DNA of 64,000 nt from Anolis carolinensis (Eukaryota), in NCBI RefSeq assembly GCF_035594765.1, contig NC_085843.1, forward strand, positions 25,187,955 to 25,251,954, written 5' to 3'. Below the pieces are notes generated by a model. That model ran no database searches. It saw nothing but the letters and a program-made list of their open reading frames with translations, and was not told where the DNA came from. Positions 48,066 through 61,949 of this stretch are shown in pieces; position 1 is the first letter of the stretch, and every line of letters starts with the position of its first letter. The position numbers were made by a program, and so were the translations under genes.

Positions 48066-49005
48066 TCATCAGCTATCCCTTGTGTCTGAATATGATTGCC
48101 TTCCCAGTTTAGGGTCTTGGCGGTGGATCCATAGGTGATTGTAGCATGTACCTTTGTAGTGAGGACATTGTTTTCCAGGTGAAGGCAGTCCCGACGAAGT
48201 TTGGCTTGATGTGCCTTCCTCTTGTCATATTTCTCCCTTTCTCCCTCCATTCATGCTTCTTCAAATTCCACAGCAATGTTGATAACAGCTGACCTCCAGT
48301 TAGAGTGCTTGAGGGCCAGGGCTTCCCAGTTCTCGGTGTCTATGCCACAGTTTTTAAGTTTAGCTTTAAGCCCATCTTTAAATCTCTTTTCCCGTCCACC
48401 AACATTCCTTTTTCCTTTCTTGATTTGAGAGTAGAGTAACTACTTTAGGAGATAGTGATCAGGCATTCAGAAAACATGTCCAGTCCAGCGGAGCTGATGG
48501 CAGAAGATCATCGCTTCAGTCCTGGTGGTATTTGCTTCTTCCAGCACACTGACATTTGTCTGCCTGTTTTCCCAAGAAATTTGCAGGATTTTTCAGCAGC
48601 AACGCTGATAGTATCATTCAAGTCATTGAGTGTGATGTTTGTAGACAGTCCACATTTTGCAGGTGTATAACAGAACTAGCTGTGCCCTGCCACACGTTGC
48701 TGTGGCCCATTGGAATTGCACTGAATAGCTCCAGTTTTTGGGGTTTTTTAGGCCCTGCGGAGGTTCGTGACGTGATATTTTGTGGTTTCAACCTCGAGGC
48801 ATGGATGATGGATTGTGTTGTGAAATTTCGAGGTTGGGGGGTGTTTAGTTTTGTTGTTTTGCTCGGTGCCAGGATTCCATCACTCTTTTATATATATAGA
48901 TTGGGAGGACAATAGCTTTACAATCAAGCATTTTGGTATCCCTATGAGTATCCGATCCTCAAACACTCTCTGCTTCATTCGGAAGAATGCTGCATTCACA
49001 ATGCT
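48066..49005 (-). mobile_element. RTE LINE 3' fragment interrupted by a Helitron
   Basis: The minus strand encodes RTE ORF C-terminal motifs (KAIVLP|ILLYTC across the insertion; KRFKDGLKAKLKNCGIDTENWEALA). Confidence 0.8.
48676..48900 (-). mobile_element. Non-autonomous Helitron
   Basis: Minus strand starts TCTATATAT and ends with a GCCAC-N8-GTGGC hairpin followed by CTAG. Inserted between A and T with no TSD. Confidence 0.85.
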
Positions 49006-52000
49006 CAGATAGTGTTGTATTTCAGTGTTGATGTTGATGTGGAGAGGTGGCTGCTATAAGTGTGCAAACAGGCATACATGTGTGTGTATTAAAAAAATGG
49101 GTCATACCAAACGTGTAAATGCTAGCATACATATATGTGTTTGTTTGTATACACACAAACAGAGGGTCATGCCAAAGATGTATAAGCATAAATATGTGTA
49201 TTTCTGTGTGCACACTTGTCTATCTATGTCAATATATATATAGGTGTGTGTGTGTACACACATATACTCACAAACACATCCACACGCACACATATGCAAA
49301 CCTGGTGGTCCCTTGCTATCTGCTGGGATTGGTTCTGGGACTCACCATGAATACCAAAATGAGCTCTCAAGGGGCAATAGAAGACGCACAAAATGGTGCT
49401 TCCCAGATCTATTTTCACCAAATATCTTAGAAGGATAGATTGGACCAAGTCATCAAATGCTCTTGAGATATCCACTTGAGCACAAAGCAATGCATCCCTG
49501 CCTCTCATCTCATGGACCAGGGAGAATGGTGGAACAGGCTGAGTCTCCGCTTGCCCTGAAATGGTCAGGCAAAACTGGACCAACAACTATGGTTGAACCT
49601 CTATGGTTGAACCACTTTAAGGTTTAGAAGTGTACTAAATAATCATGGCTTTACTATTGCTTTTATGGTACTCAGATTGCTACTAGCTTTTATTGGATTA
49701 TCATGATAGTGATTAATATTTTGATGCAAATTACCTGGTTTGTATTGCTTTGTAAAAACATACCTTCAAGTAGGCAAAATTAATAACAATCTGACCAACA
49801 ATATGGAGCCTTCCCACCCAATTTAAAGACAATTCCACAATCCCATTCACACTAATGGAATGATAGAACTTTGACTTCCAAAATTCCAACCTATGGAATC
49901 CCAGAATTTACAGTTTAGGGAGGATAATTTGGAATGACCAGACACAGTGTTTTAGTGCTTCACCAATCTACACACCCTAGGATTTCATAGAATGGAGCCT
50001 TGGCAGTTAATATAGAACCATAGTGCTATAAAACTGCATTGTGAATGGGCCCCAGGTCTTAGGCCCCTTCTACACTGCCATATAAAATCCAGATTATCTG
50101 CTTTAAAGTGGATTATATGGGCAGTGTAGGCTCATATAATCCATTTCAAAGCAGATAATGTGGATTATCTGATTTGATAATCTGGGTTATATGCAGTGTA
50201 GAAGGGGACGTAGTCAGGTTCTTAGGACAAGTGGACCAGGTATTAGGATATATTTTCACACTATTGTAATTGGGTGGCTAACAAAGTCCCAAACATCTAA
50301 GCAAACAAATATATGCAGGGCATTGCAGCCCTATGGCATCACTTGCATGTGTTCACATTCTTATCTTAAAAATGACAGCAGCTGAGAGGAAATTTGCAGG
50401 TGAAGATAAGCCATCACAGAAAGCCAAGTGCAAGGTCATCAAGAATGTATCTGTTGCTATGCAGTACTGAGAGATTATGGGCAAAAAAACAATATTTCAA
50501 AGGTCTTTGTACATAGAAAATTACTCTGTTATGGGAAAAGCCAATTCCTAGTATTATGGCAAGATTTTTTGGGGGGGGGATTATTGTTGGTGTTTTAAGG
50601 GGAAGGACATGTTATATGGAAACAAATTGTTGTGTGACTTCAAGTAATTTCTGATTTACAGCCACCTAAAGTGAACCCATCATGAGATTTTCTTGGCATG
50701 ATTTGTTTAGAGGTGGTTTGCCATTTGCTTTACAGACATTCTTGTCTTCAACAGTTTCAAACTGGGATGGGAAAATAAGGCAGTTTCCTATATGTTGTGC
50801 AGAATGATTTTTTTTTTCAGATTTACAAATGAAGGAATTCTGAAATTAACTGGAAATTCTTTAAAAATGTCCTGAAACAAAATTATCCTCCATTTGTATC
50901 TCCTAATAGATCTTCAAGGCAAAGAGACACTCATTCAGCTGTCAATGACTGAATGAACAGAGATTCAGTCCAGAAGCTTTTTCACACCATTTACTTTTAG
51001 CACTAAGACTCCAACTGGTAATATTTTATAGAATCCTAAAATTGTAATTTGGGGAGCCACTAAAGCTTTCTGGCTGAGCTTTCTAAATACTCCACCCTAT
51101 ACTACATATTGCAGGCTTACATGGGATGCTCCTACGGCATCAAAGCACTATATTTGGAAAGTGCAAAAGAGCAACCAGATGTCAAAGAACAGAGAACTCA
51201 AAGCCCTGAATCTGGACAAAGGTATTCTCCTATTATTATTTTTAAAAAATCAAGTTCTTCCTCGTGTTTCAGATAAGAAAAAACAAAGCTGAGTGTATTC
51301 TTATTTTTTTAAAAAAACAGCCTGTAGTGAAATTCCCATCCAGCTATTATCTCAAGATTAGAAGTTGTGAATGTGTCCTTAGACAAAGAATACTCAGAAA
51401 TTGCTTGCCGATTCTTTCCTCTGAAATATAGCCTACAGCACTTGGTATTCCTGTGCAGTTTCCTATCCAAGTACTACGGTAAGTAAAGCAGACCATTCTT
51501 AGATTCAAAGATCAGATGGAACCTGTGACTTCAAGGTATTTGTAATGGAGGAAGGGGAGACCTACATTATACCAACTTGTATTTTTTATACATCTATCTT
51601 GGGGGACTAGAATAGTGTTATCCTAGCTCCCCGTCCCCAGTGTAGACATTATTTTGCCCCAAAAGAGATTTAGTCTTGAATCACACCCTCCATTTTAAAG
51701 GGTAACACAGACTTGTTTTAGCTCCCCCTAAAACTTTTGTTTGTTGGTTAAGTGGGCATCCAAGGAAGCCCAAAATAATATGATAATTACAAATTATGGA
51801 ATCATACAAATGGAAAAGACTCAAAGGATCATCTAGTAAAGCAGCTATCAGTGCTGGAATCTAACACTTAATATCACTTCTGGGGCAGCCGACCAGCCAT
51901 TTTAGGGCACAAATGGGGATCAGAAGGGAAAACAATCCTCTAAATATCCTGGCAGGTTTTCTCGGGCATTTTCCCATGGTTTTTTAATCTGACCATCCTT

Positions 52001-55000
52001 CTCTCCCTGCCCTGTATTGATGCTCAGGAAATGAACTGAGCACACAGGCTTGTGCACGCAAAGCATGTGTGCTCTGCCACTAAGCTATGGTCCCTTCCCA
52101 GAATCATCACATTGTATTACACCTGGCAAGCTTGATGGCACACCACCAAGTGACATAAATGGGCCATCAGCACCATCACAGACAGACCGTTTGCATCACT
52201 TCAGGCATGATGCCTTTGAGAGGAGTCACAGCTCCCACGTTCAGCTGTCAGCAGTCAAGTGAGATATATGCTTCTTGACAACTCTGAGATGAATATATCA
52301 ATGGGCTCCATGGGAAAACAGTGTGCTTGATGTGAGATGAGGAGATGCAAAAGTCCTGTCTAAATTGGGTACTTCTGATGGCCTGTTTACACATGCAGCT
52401 CACCACTTGATGTGGCACTAACTGAGTGATGAATGTGCACATATGAATACACCCCAAGCACCCACTTTTCCCATCTATACAGATGACATGAGCGATGTAA
52501 GTGGGTGTGCTGATGGATTTTGGATGAAGCCACCAGTTCTGACAAGTGTGTGCCGGCAAAAATTCCATTCTAGTCACAAACAAAGCAATCACATGTCATA
52601 TTAACAAAGTTTGGGGGTTGCTGGTTAGGGCAAAAAGGTAAGACTAACCATGGAGTTGGGTAGGAAGTTGTATTGGCATTAAGCCAGTATTTGTCTTTAG
52701 TGCTGAACTAGATGGGGATGAACATACATATGCTTAATCCAAACAAGGAAGTATGCAAAGAGATCTTGTTGCACCTTAGAAAATGAAATTGATAGCATAA
52801 GCTTTTGTAGACTTGGGATCTTACCACATTGAGGTCCAGAAGCTAGGGACAACAGGGAGAACTGTGGGGCAGTGTAATGCTTCATGCCCTTACAGTTGGA
52901 GGTCATGGGATCCCTTCTCATGATGTTTCCCCATTGCCCCCGGCTTCCTCTCACATCCTCCCTGGCTTCTCAGTGCTGCCCAATGGATCCCTGCCAGAAG
53001 TAGCCCTGGGTCATTTGATGGCTCCGGGGGACTCTGTTTGGAAACACAGAAATAACTTCATGTGATGAGGTAGTAAGTTTACTTCCTCAGATGCGTGGAA
53101 TAAAATACTTAGGAACAGAAATTTGCAGACAGACTGTGTGTGTGTGAATAGCCACCAAATGCAAAACTTGTGGAAATAGCAATGTGACAAGCTCAGTATT
53201 AACAGTGGTTGTGGAAGGCAAAAAGACAGAAGGGAAGATGTTGCTTAAAGTCAGGATATGTAGATAACTATACAAGTGGCAGAGGGGGTTATGGGAATTT
53301 ACTATGAAGCTATCTGGGAATTAGAAAGGAGATGCAATTAACTGGCCAAGGGGGTGCTCATGAGGCTGGAAAAACATTGTTTCTGTCCAACTAACTGTCA
53401 ATGGACTGAAGTTTATGAATATATTTCAGTTCCACTCTTTCTCAAAAGGCAGGTCACGGAGCAGAGGTTCAGTTTTCCCTGAATGGAGTTATACTTTACC
53501 AAATTCTCAGACTCATAGCGTAGTCATTCTGCTGAACTCAGCAGAAGTTCTGAGCTTAGAGGTCCAGATTTCAAAACTGGCCAAAAGTGCATTTACACCC
53601 AAAGTGCCTGTTCCTGAACATGTTCTATCTGGCTAGAGTGACATGTGACTTAATTTAATCCCATGTAAATCATTTTAGCACTTGCTCTATGTGCCGGCCT
53701 TCAAAAATAGTTCAGGAATTTCTGCAAAACCCAAATATGTCAGCCAGAGTGATGACTGGACACAAAGTCCCATTCCTCCCCACTCTCACTTATTCACCAC
53801 AAATATTGCATTTTTTATACATTCTGTTTCTTGTTTTACAATGTTGAGCTTCCCCTAATTCATACTTCTCACTTTCAATGTTCCTATAATATGAATTGTG
53901 CAGCTTTGGGCTTTCTTTTCACTTTGAACACATCAATGACCAAATGTTCTTTCAGGTTGAGTAGTTGCTCCATTAGCCTCGTGCCACTCATACTTGTCCT
54001 CTGCTCTTTTCTAGTAGTTCATTGAGTGCCTTCCACCTGGGATTCACCTTTTCTAGCACTATCTCTTGTTTCATTTTAGATTCTCTTATCAGAATGTATT
54101 CAATGTAAAAGTCTTCAGGAGTGGTTTATCACTGCCTTCTTCTTGCAGTACTAATAAGTCTTTGCAATGGTGCCACTGCCATTGTTTTTCAAAGATTCTC
54201 TACCAATGTTACCTCCCACTACTGCTGATGCTGCCCAGAAATTGTTTGGCATGTTTAGTGTGGCTCCTCTTCAGAAGCCTCCCTGACATAGAAAATGCTA
54301 TCAACAGCATTTCTATAGTCAGCATGGTCACTTTCATCGCAGAAGCATGCAATCCCATAACTATGGAAAATTAGTGCTCTGATAGTAATTTCTCGTATAC
54401 ACATACCAGATTATATACACATATTATAATCTATACCTTCATGTCACCTGTCAACTTGATTTCTGTTTGGTTTTCTTAAGCAAAAAATATCAAGAATGCC
54501 AGTTCCTTTTTCTGAAATATAGAACCTAGCAATTGGTATTCATTGGTTATGTCCAAGAACTAACCAGAGCTGACCATGCTTCATTTTCAAAATCTGGTTC
54601 CTTAGAGTATTTAAGCCTAAATACCCTAAGACACCTGCCAATTCAAACAAAATATTGGACTGAGATAGATAGACTGGAATTTACATGTGTGCATGATTGT
54701 AGAGCATACCAATGGCTCTACACACTGATACTAATTGATAAGATTCCAGTCATGCAATTGTGCGTTCTTTATGGTATATAACCATTAGAGATGTGCGTGA
54801 AATTTTTTACTTCATTTTGTTCATGCTATCATTTCATTTTGACCGTTCGTGTACACAAAATGAATGCCAACATTTTTGCAGGAAACGAGAGGCGACACGA
54901 TAATAAAAGCCGCACAATCATCGTGCTTCCTTTTGTTTTCATTTCATTTCAGCCCCATAACAATAATCAGGTACTGACAGAGGGCTGCTTTCCCATTACA

Positions 55001-55019
55001 GCTGATGTGTACCAATGGG

Positions 55020-55375
55020 TGTTAATAATAATATTAATATAAATAACACTAGTTACTCTGGTACCCTAAGCTGGGTCTGGGAGAGGTGTGCCTCCCAATT
55101 ACATCCAATGTGTATCAATGGGTCTTGATAATAATATTTATATTAATATTAAGAACAGCAGTTATTCTGGCACCCTAAGCTGAGTCTGGGAGAGCAGTGC
55201 CTCCCAATTACATCCAATGTCTATCGATGGGTCTTCATGATAATATTTATATTAATATTAAGAACAGCAGTTATTCTGGCACCCTAAGCTGAGTCTGGGA
55301 GAGCAGTGCCTCCAAATTACATCCGATGTGTATTGATGGGTCTTGATGATAATAATAATAATATTAATAACAATA
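55020..55375. repeat. 109-bp tandem repeat, about 3 copies
   Basis: CTGG(T/C)ACCCTAAGCTG(G/A)GTCTGGGAGAG recurs at 55058, 55167 and 55276. Confidence 0.9.
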
Positions 55376-55777
55376 GTACTCTGGGGAAGACTCAAATGTT
55401 TTAAAAGTTGGTGGGCTAAAAGGGGTTGAAATCCCTCCATGTGTGGTGATTTTCACCCCTCGAACCCAAAAACCGAGCAGAGGGGGTGAGCCTCGGAAGC
55501 CCTCCCATTGCAGCCAATGGTCCAAAAATTTTCTCTTTTTTGTAAGCCAGACAAAAATTTGTGTTGTATATGCAGCCCATTTTCATTAGCAGGACATGAA
55601 TATGAAAATGAGATGACAGGAATGAAACTACACAAAATGGATTCTATACGAATACACACTACTAATAACCATACATCACTGTGTACCTTCAATGTACTAC
55701 TTTATTTGCTAGGACTACATAAAAAGCCACTAGGCATGCCCCATTGCACAAGAGGATAATAGACAAAGTGGCAGTGA

Positions 55778-55810
<33 letters not shown>

Positions 55811-57173
55811 TTTATTTATATTCTGCCCCCTCTCCCAGAAGAGACTCAGGGTGGCTTACAATAATCCACAGATACAAAAATAATATAGACAATAAACAAG
55901 AACAATAACCAATTATCATTATATAAAATTAAAACATTAATAAATAACAGTTTAAAAGTTAAATAGTTGCATAGTGGCAGTCTTCTATGGAAGTGGCAGA
56001 ATCAGTTAATAGTAGCATAAGAAGAGTATTATAACATAACCATTTAACATGCAATTGCACCTTTTGTGATAATGTGCAACTTGCTTGCCACATTAGATTT
56101 ACTGGAATATTAGAAAAGCCTCTGTTCATTCCCCACTCATAGTAAGACAATAAGATGGCATACTGTGAATCAATTGTGTAATGTTGATATTCAACAGAAA
56201 GGTGGTGCAGTATAACAACAGTATAAGTATGGTGTGTGCAGTGTGTCTCATCCACTATGTGACCTTGCAAGATTCAGCTAATAGTGTAATTTTTTTCTTA
56301 ATTTTCTTCCCCACAATCTGAAAATACACACACATTTTTAAAAATGGCATATGCTATTCATAATTACATAGAACTCTTAGAACCCAGTACATATTATTTT
56401 CTAAAATTCAGTTTATTCCATGCAAAGAAATGGAAGAAAAAGAAAAAGAAAGACAAGGGTCCTCCTAAGCAAAATATAAGTCAGACAGCTAGGTAAAAAT
56501 GTTACCTTCCAAAATAGAAAGGAAGTTGAGCAGTGCTTTGAAAAAGCTTGACACCTCTAAAAACAATGGATAGCAAGCTCTTCAAATCTTCAAACCCTTT
56601 CTTTTAAATTCTGCCCACGCCTTCCTTTTGAAACTGTTAAACAGTTCATAGAGGTTGTACTAACACCATCACATCTCTCATCAAAGGCCCCACAGTTTTA
56701 AAAAGCCTTTGGCTATTGTAATATTTTTAATTAGCATTTCCAGAGCAAAGAAGGGAAAGAGGCCCTTGAAAAGGCATGACATTTTTCCTCTGAAAAACAG
56801 AAGAAAATCACGAATGTCTTGCTGGTGTCCTGTGAAAATCATTCTGGGTTTCTCTAGACAAGGCAGGTGTGTCAGGAGGTTGTTCTATTTGTTGTTTTTA
56901 AAATATCCAAATGACATTTCTGTTGTCCCCAGAATGGCAACTCTTGGCATTAGGCACCGCCTGTTACCCTCCAATTATCTGCTTTTGAATTTGAAAGCAT
57001 ATGGAAACAAAAAAGTATCTTTCTCCTCTTTTCTCTCTTTTTATTTTTTAAGAGTTATAGCTCTAGCATGCATCAGTGAAATGGCATTTTGCAGTGTAAC
57101 ACTAAGAAAATTTATAAACAACCTGAGGCCAAAAAATGTGCCTTTCAACCCACAGGACTATTTTAATCAAAAT

Positions 57174-57440
57174 GGAGCCACGGTGGTGCAATGGCTGAAC
57201 TGCTGACCTGAAGATTGGGTTGCTAACCTGAACATAGTTGGTTCGAATCCGCAAGATGGGGTGAGCTCCCAAATGTGAGCTCTAGCTTGTGGGGATATGA
57301 GAGAAGCCTCTCAGCAGGATGGTAACGCATCTGGGCATCCCCTGGGCAATGTCTTTAGATGGCCAATTCTCTCACAGCAGAAGCAATTTGCAGTATGTTC
57401 TCAAGTTGCTGACATGATTTTAAAAAATCAAAAACAAAAA
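57174..57440 (+). mobile_element. Anolis SINE2-like SINE
   Basis: Same family as 20711-20971; B box GGTTCGAATCC and A-rich tail. Confidence 0.8.
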
Positions 57441-60402
57441 ATGTGCATTGTAAGAATCTTTTGTCTTAATCCAGTTTGGAATAGATCTGTGTCCACACTT
57501 TGCACCAGTTTGGGGATACCTTTGGATCAAAAAGCAGCATGAGCAGAGCACTTGTTTGGTGGAGGGGGAGACATTCATGTGGAACCTGACTCGTAAGTCC
57601 TTCTGGTGTTCTCACTGGCCAGGCAAAAAAGTAGGCAGTAGTCTCCTCCCTTGCTTTTGCTTCCTGTTGACACTAATAGAAGGTGAATTTATTGGTGAGG
57701 TTAGGGGGGGGGGGGTTTCCTCCTAAAATCAATGGGGTATCAGAAGAATGAGGTTAATTTGGCTTCCGTGTCTCCAAGGGGTCCTTGATTGCCCCAAAAC
57801 GTCTGTAAAAGAGATTTGACAAAAGATCCATCCTTTAGAAAGGTTATCTATGGGATGGCAATGTAACGTCTTTGAAGTATTGTTTGGCCCAATGGGCTAG
57901 AAAACCCTTAAAAGGGGGACTGTTCTTACTTGTTTAGTTCAACTACAGATTGAGAGCTCAAAAGGAATGGTAGAAGGCTGTAGGAAAAGTGGAAGACCAC
58001 ATTACAGACTGATAAATTTAATCAAACTATGGCCCTGAGTCTTCAAGACCTGAGCAGACCTGTTGATGATAGGGCCATTGAACTGCATTATATGAATTTA
58101 CACTGACCATATAATGCAGTTTCAAACCACATTAAATGGCAATGTAGATGGGACAGGATGGGATGGTGGTGGCTGTGGTGTGCAGGAACTTGTCACAGTC
58201 CCAGGAAGAAGAAGAAGAAAAGCTGGCATGGACAGCTCCTTTATCAATTTACTTTTGCTTGAATAAACTAGATGCTTAGAGGTGCAGCCTGTTTTGTTTG
58301 CACAATTCTATTTATCCTTCTCCAGTTTTTCCCCCAGAAAAGGTACTGTAATTGCTTCTGTCATAACCCCCCCCCCCCCCCCATGAGTTTCCAAAAGTAC
58401 AGCACTTTGATCCTTGGACATTCCTCTGCCTTGAAATTTTGCCAAACGCTACAATATTCTTAGTATTGTGGCTTCCTAAAACAAAACAGTCCCATAAGGA
58501 ATACTTTTTCTCTCATCTTTATACTTCGGGTCAAAAGGTATTAAGCTAATACACCCGTAGGCACTGACATCAAGATCTTTAAATGTCCAAAGGAATGTTT
58601 TTCAGTGGAATCGAAGGAAACTAAGAAATGGAGGATAGATAATTTATGGGCAAGCTTCTAGCTAAAACCAGGGGCATTAAAAATCTGCCACATCTCTCAT
58701 CTGTGTACATACACTTTTCCTTTCCTACAAAAATAAAGCCCTAAGCAAATTTATCAGAAGAGAAAGCTCCCATGTATTTAGTGATACTTACTTTGAAGTA
58801 AATATGCAGAAGAAAAGACCCTAAGAGACACCCAATTGTGATCACACAACTGTTAAGCTATTATGATGCTGTATTAAAAATTGAGAAATTAAAAGAGAAA
58901 TAAGACTATTTCATGCTTAATAAATTTCTTCTCAGTGTGTGTCTCCTCTTGCTCTATTTCTCTTTGTTCAAACTAGATGAAAAAATTAGCAAGTATTTAG
59001 AGCAGATGCCCCCTCAAGTGGTGAAAGATTACTCTCATAGTATGTGTTCTCAACTATATGCCCCACATTTTGCACACTTGGTTGTGTAAACAAACAGTGA
59101 AACACAGCCTTAATTTGCAAGCCTGAAATATGTATGTCAGTGAAAATCTCATTGTCAGAGGGAAAATACATATATTACAGGGAATACATTCCCTCTTAAA
59201 ATGTAAATTGACACACTCTGTGTCCTGAACATATTTTTGTGTATATGGAGTTAAAAGTTGTAGACCAAATCTACAGAGTTATTGTATGCCTTCAAATAAT
59301 TCCCAACTTCTGATTACCCTAAGGCAACTCTATCATGGGATTCTTTTGATAAGTTCTTCAAAGGTGGTTTGACTTTGTCACTAACTGATGGAGACAAAGG
59401 CTTGTCCAAGGTCTCCTAGTAGGTTTCCATAGATTAAAATTCTGATCTCCATAACCCAACATTCAGACAGCTACACCGCACTGGCTTCTAAGTCTAAGGA
59501 CACTGGATTCAAATGCCATTTAACCTAAAAGGGTAATCTGTGACCTTGGTCCCCTCATCCTCTACTTAAACCTAGCCCATAGGGTTGCAGTGAAAATAAA
59601 AGGAAATTGGGCATATATGTCACCTTAGATAAAAGATAGTCTATAAATATAATAAAAGGTAGTCTGTAAATATAATAAAAAGAAGAAAATAGGGCTATAA
59701 CTGATGTTGAGCCCCACGTAGGACAACAAAAGAAAGCAATCTGACTCAGTAGTTCTCACCTTTCGTATCTCAAGTTCCATCAATTACACTGCCAGGGAAT
59801 CTGGGTCCCATGGGTGTAGAAATAAAAAGCCCACTTTTTCTTTAATGTATTTATATGCTTGTAAGCATTATTTATTACTGTATGTTTACCGTTTACAGTA
59901 TGTTTAAAGAACATGAAAAATGATAGTAGCAGTATGGTACTGTTGGAAGCAAAAAAGAAATAAAAAGAAACACCCTTTAATAATAGATAATTGTACTGAT
60001 ACTGTCGAGCATAAATTTTACCACTTCAGTAGCTTTACCATACAGGAATATAAATTAAAAGCTGGAGTTATATTGTCGTCAATAATATTTACTGTATGAC
60101 TAAAACAGCTGTATCTCATCCAGACTATTTTTGTGCCCCAGTGGTACAGTGAGCAATCTCACATGTATCATTGAACTAGAATGAAGTAGCATACACATCA
60201 ATTTCTAGATGCTCCAAAACACATTGACTGGTATCCTTCTATGGGACTGTAGGGTGGAGTTATGATCTTGTAACTCCACCTTGCATAAGTGAATGAGTGG
60301 ATAAGTGAAACGCTCTGAAACGTTTTACTTTGAACGAAACAAAACCAGATTTTTGTTGTTTTATATGTGATTATTATATTATTGTCAGTTTGTTTTGTAT
60401 TG

Positions 60403-60744
60403 CAGTAGACTCTTGCTTATCCAAAGTTCACTTATCCAACATTCTGGATTATCCAACACCTTGCCTTTTAGTAGTCAGTGTTTTTGTAGTCTATGTTTTC
60501 AATACTTTGCGATATTTTGGTGCTAAATTGGTAAATACAGTAATTACTACATAACGTTATTGTGTATTGAACTGCTTTTTCTGTCCATTTCTTGTAAAAC
60601 ATGATGTTTTGGTGCTTAATTTGTAAAATCATAACTCAATTTGACATTTAATCGGCTTTTCCTTAATCCCTCCTTATTATCTAACATTTTCGCTTATCCA
60701 GCATTCTGTCGGCCCATTTATGTTGGATAAGTGAGACTCTACTG
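60403..60744. mobile_element. Tc1/mariner MITE
   Basis: Inverted copy of the 36074-36384 family. Confidence 0.85.
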
Positions 60745-61949
60745 TATATTGTGTGTCTTTTAAAATCTTTTAAAATTTCTTTAGAAATTGTATTTTGTAG
60801 TTTTGTGATTTTTTAAAAAATTCATCTTTCCCCCATATGTGTACATATGTGGAGTTTGTTTCCAAAAGGTACCAAATTCCAAAAAAAGAGAGAGTTATAG
60901 GTGGTGGCACTTTATTGGCTAGGTACAGATCAAAATTATCAAAATGTATCAAATAATTTCAGTACAAGACTTGAAAAACTGTATTTTATGACAAAATAAT
61001 GCATATCCTCAGTTGTCTACTTCCGAGCCCTCACCCCCTCCCCAATTCCTGTAAGGTTTGTTTGGTTGGATTTGATACGTTTTGTAAACAACTCCACATA
61101 TATGTGTGTTAGATTTTATAGCAGGACTCTTTTTTCTTTGCTTGTTTTATTGTACAATACCACATACATTTGATGATGCTATCTAAATAAATTAGGATGA
61201 TTATGATAAGAGAAATGAGAAGGAGGAGAAAGAGGATGATAATCAAAAAGGAAGGTGAAATATGTGAAATGGAGCACCAAACTGTAACTTCTTTTTTTAA
61301 AAAAAATATTATTTTATTGTGTATATAAAAATAAAACAAACAATAAAAACAGAAACAGAAATGCGTACAAAAATTCAAGCAAACAAACAGTAGCTTTTTG
61401 AGTCATTTTGATATCCAATGTTATGAGGGAGAAGGAACAAGTAATTTATATTTCAGATATTCTCTCGATACAAGGGTTTGTTTGTTTTTTGAAAAACACA
61501 CACATTCAAAACAACTTAAAACATTTACAAAAATGTATTAAATATGCAAATACAATACAATACAAGACATCATTCCTCCAAGGAGAGGACATTACCCAAA
61601 CAAAATGCCTATGTGCCCATATAGTGTACAGCTCCTACCAATGGGGCATAGAAATCTGCTTCAACATATGTCAGTGTTCAGACAGGTTTATATAGGGAGA
61701 GTCCTGGGCCATTTAAATGACAATGCTATATCATGTAGTTCCTATAAGGCAGAAGCACAATCCTCCAAAAGTTGATGAAATGAAACTCCCAGCAGCCTTA
61801 GTCAGCACAACCAATGGTGAGGAATGATGGGAGTTGAAATAAGACAACATTTGAAGGGTCCCCAAATTTCCCATCCTGCCATAAATTGTTCCTGTTAGCT
61901 AGTTCTGCCCATTCCCTCCCCTGATGTTTCTATCCCTTACGTGTCTTTT

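Noticed and set aside
51420-51545. 5S rRNA gene
   Set aside because: Heavily diverged and attached to a SINE body; treated as a 5S-derived SINE.
56709-57206. 165-aa ORF upstream of the gene
   Set aside because: Non-ATG start, composition typical of AT-rich noncoding DNA, no domain or splice support.
60253-60280. 10-bp perfect hairpin GGTGGAGTTA/TAACTCCACC
   Set aside because: Isolated and probably the end of a decayed DNA transposon; no evidence of function.
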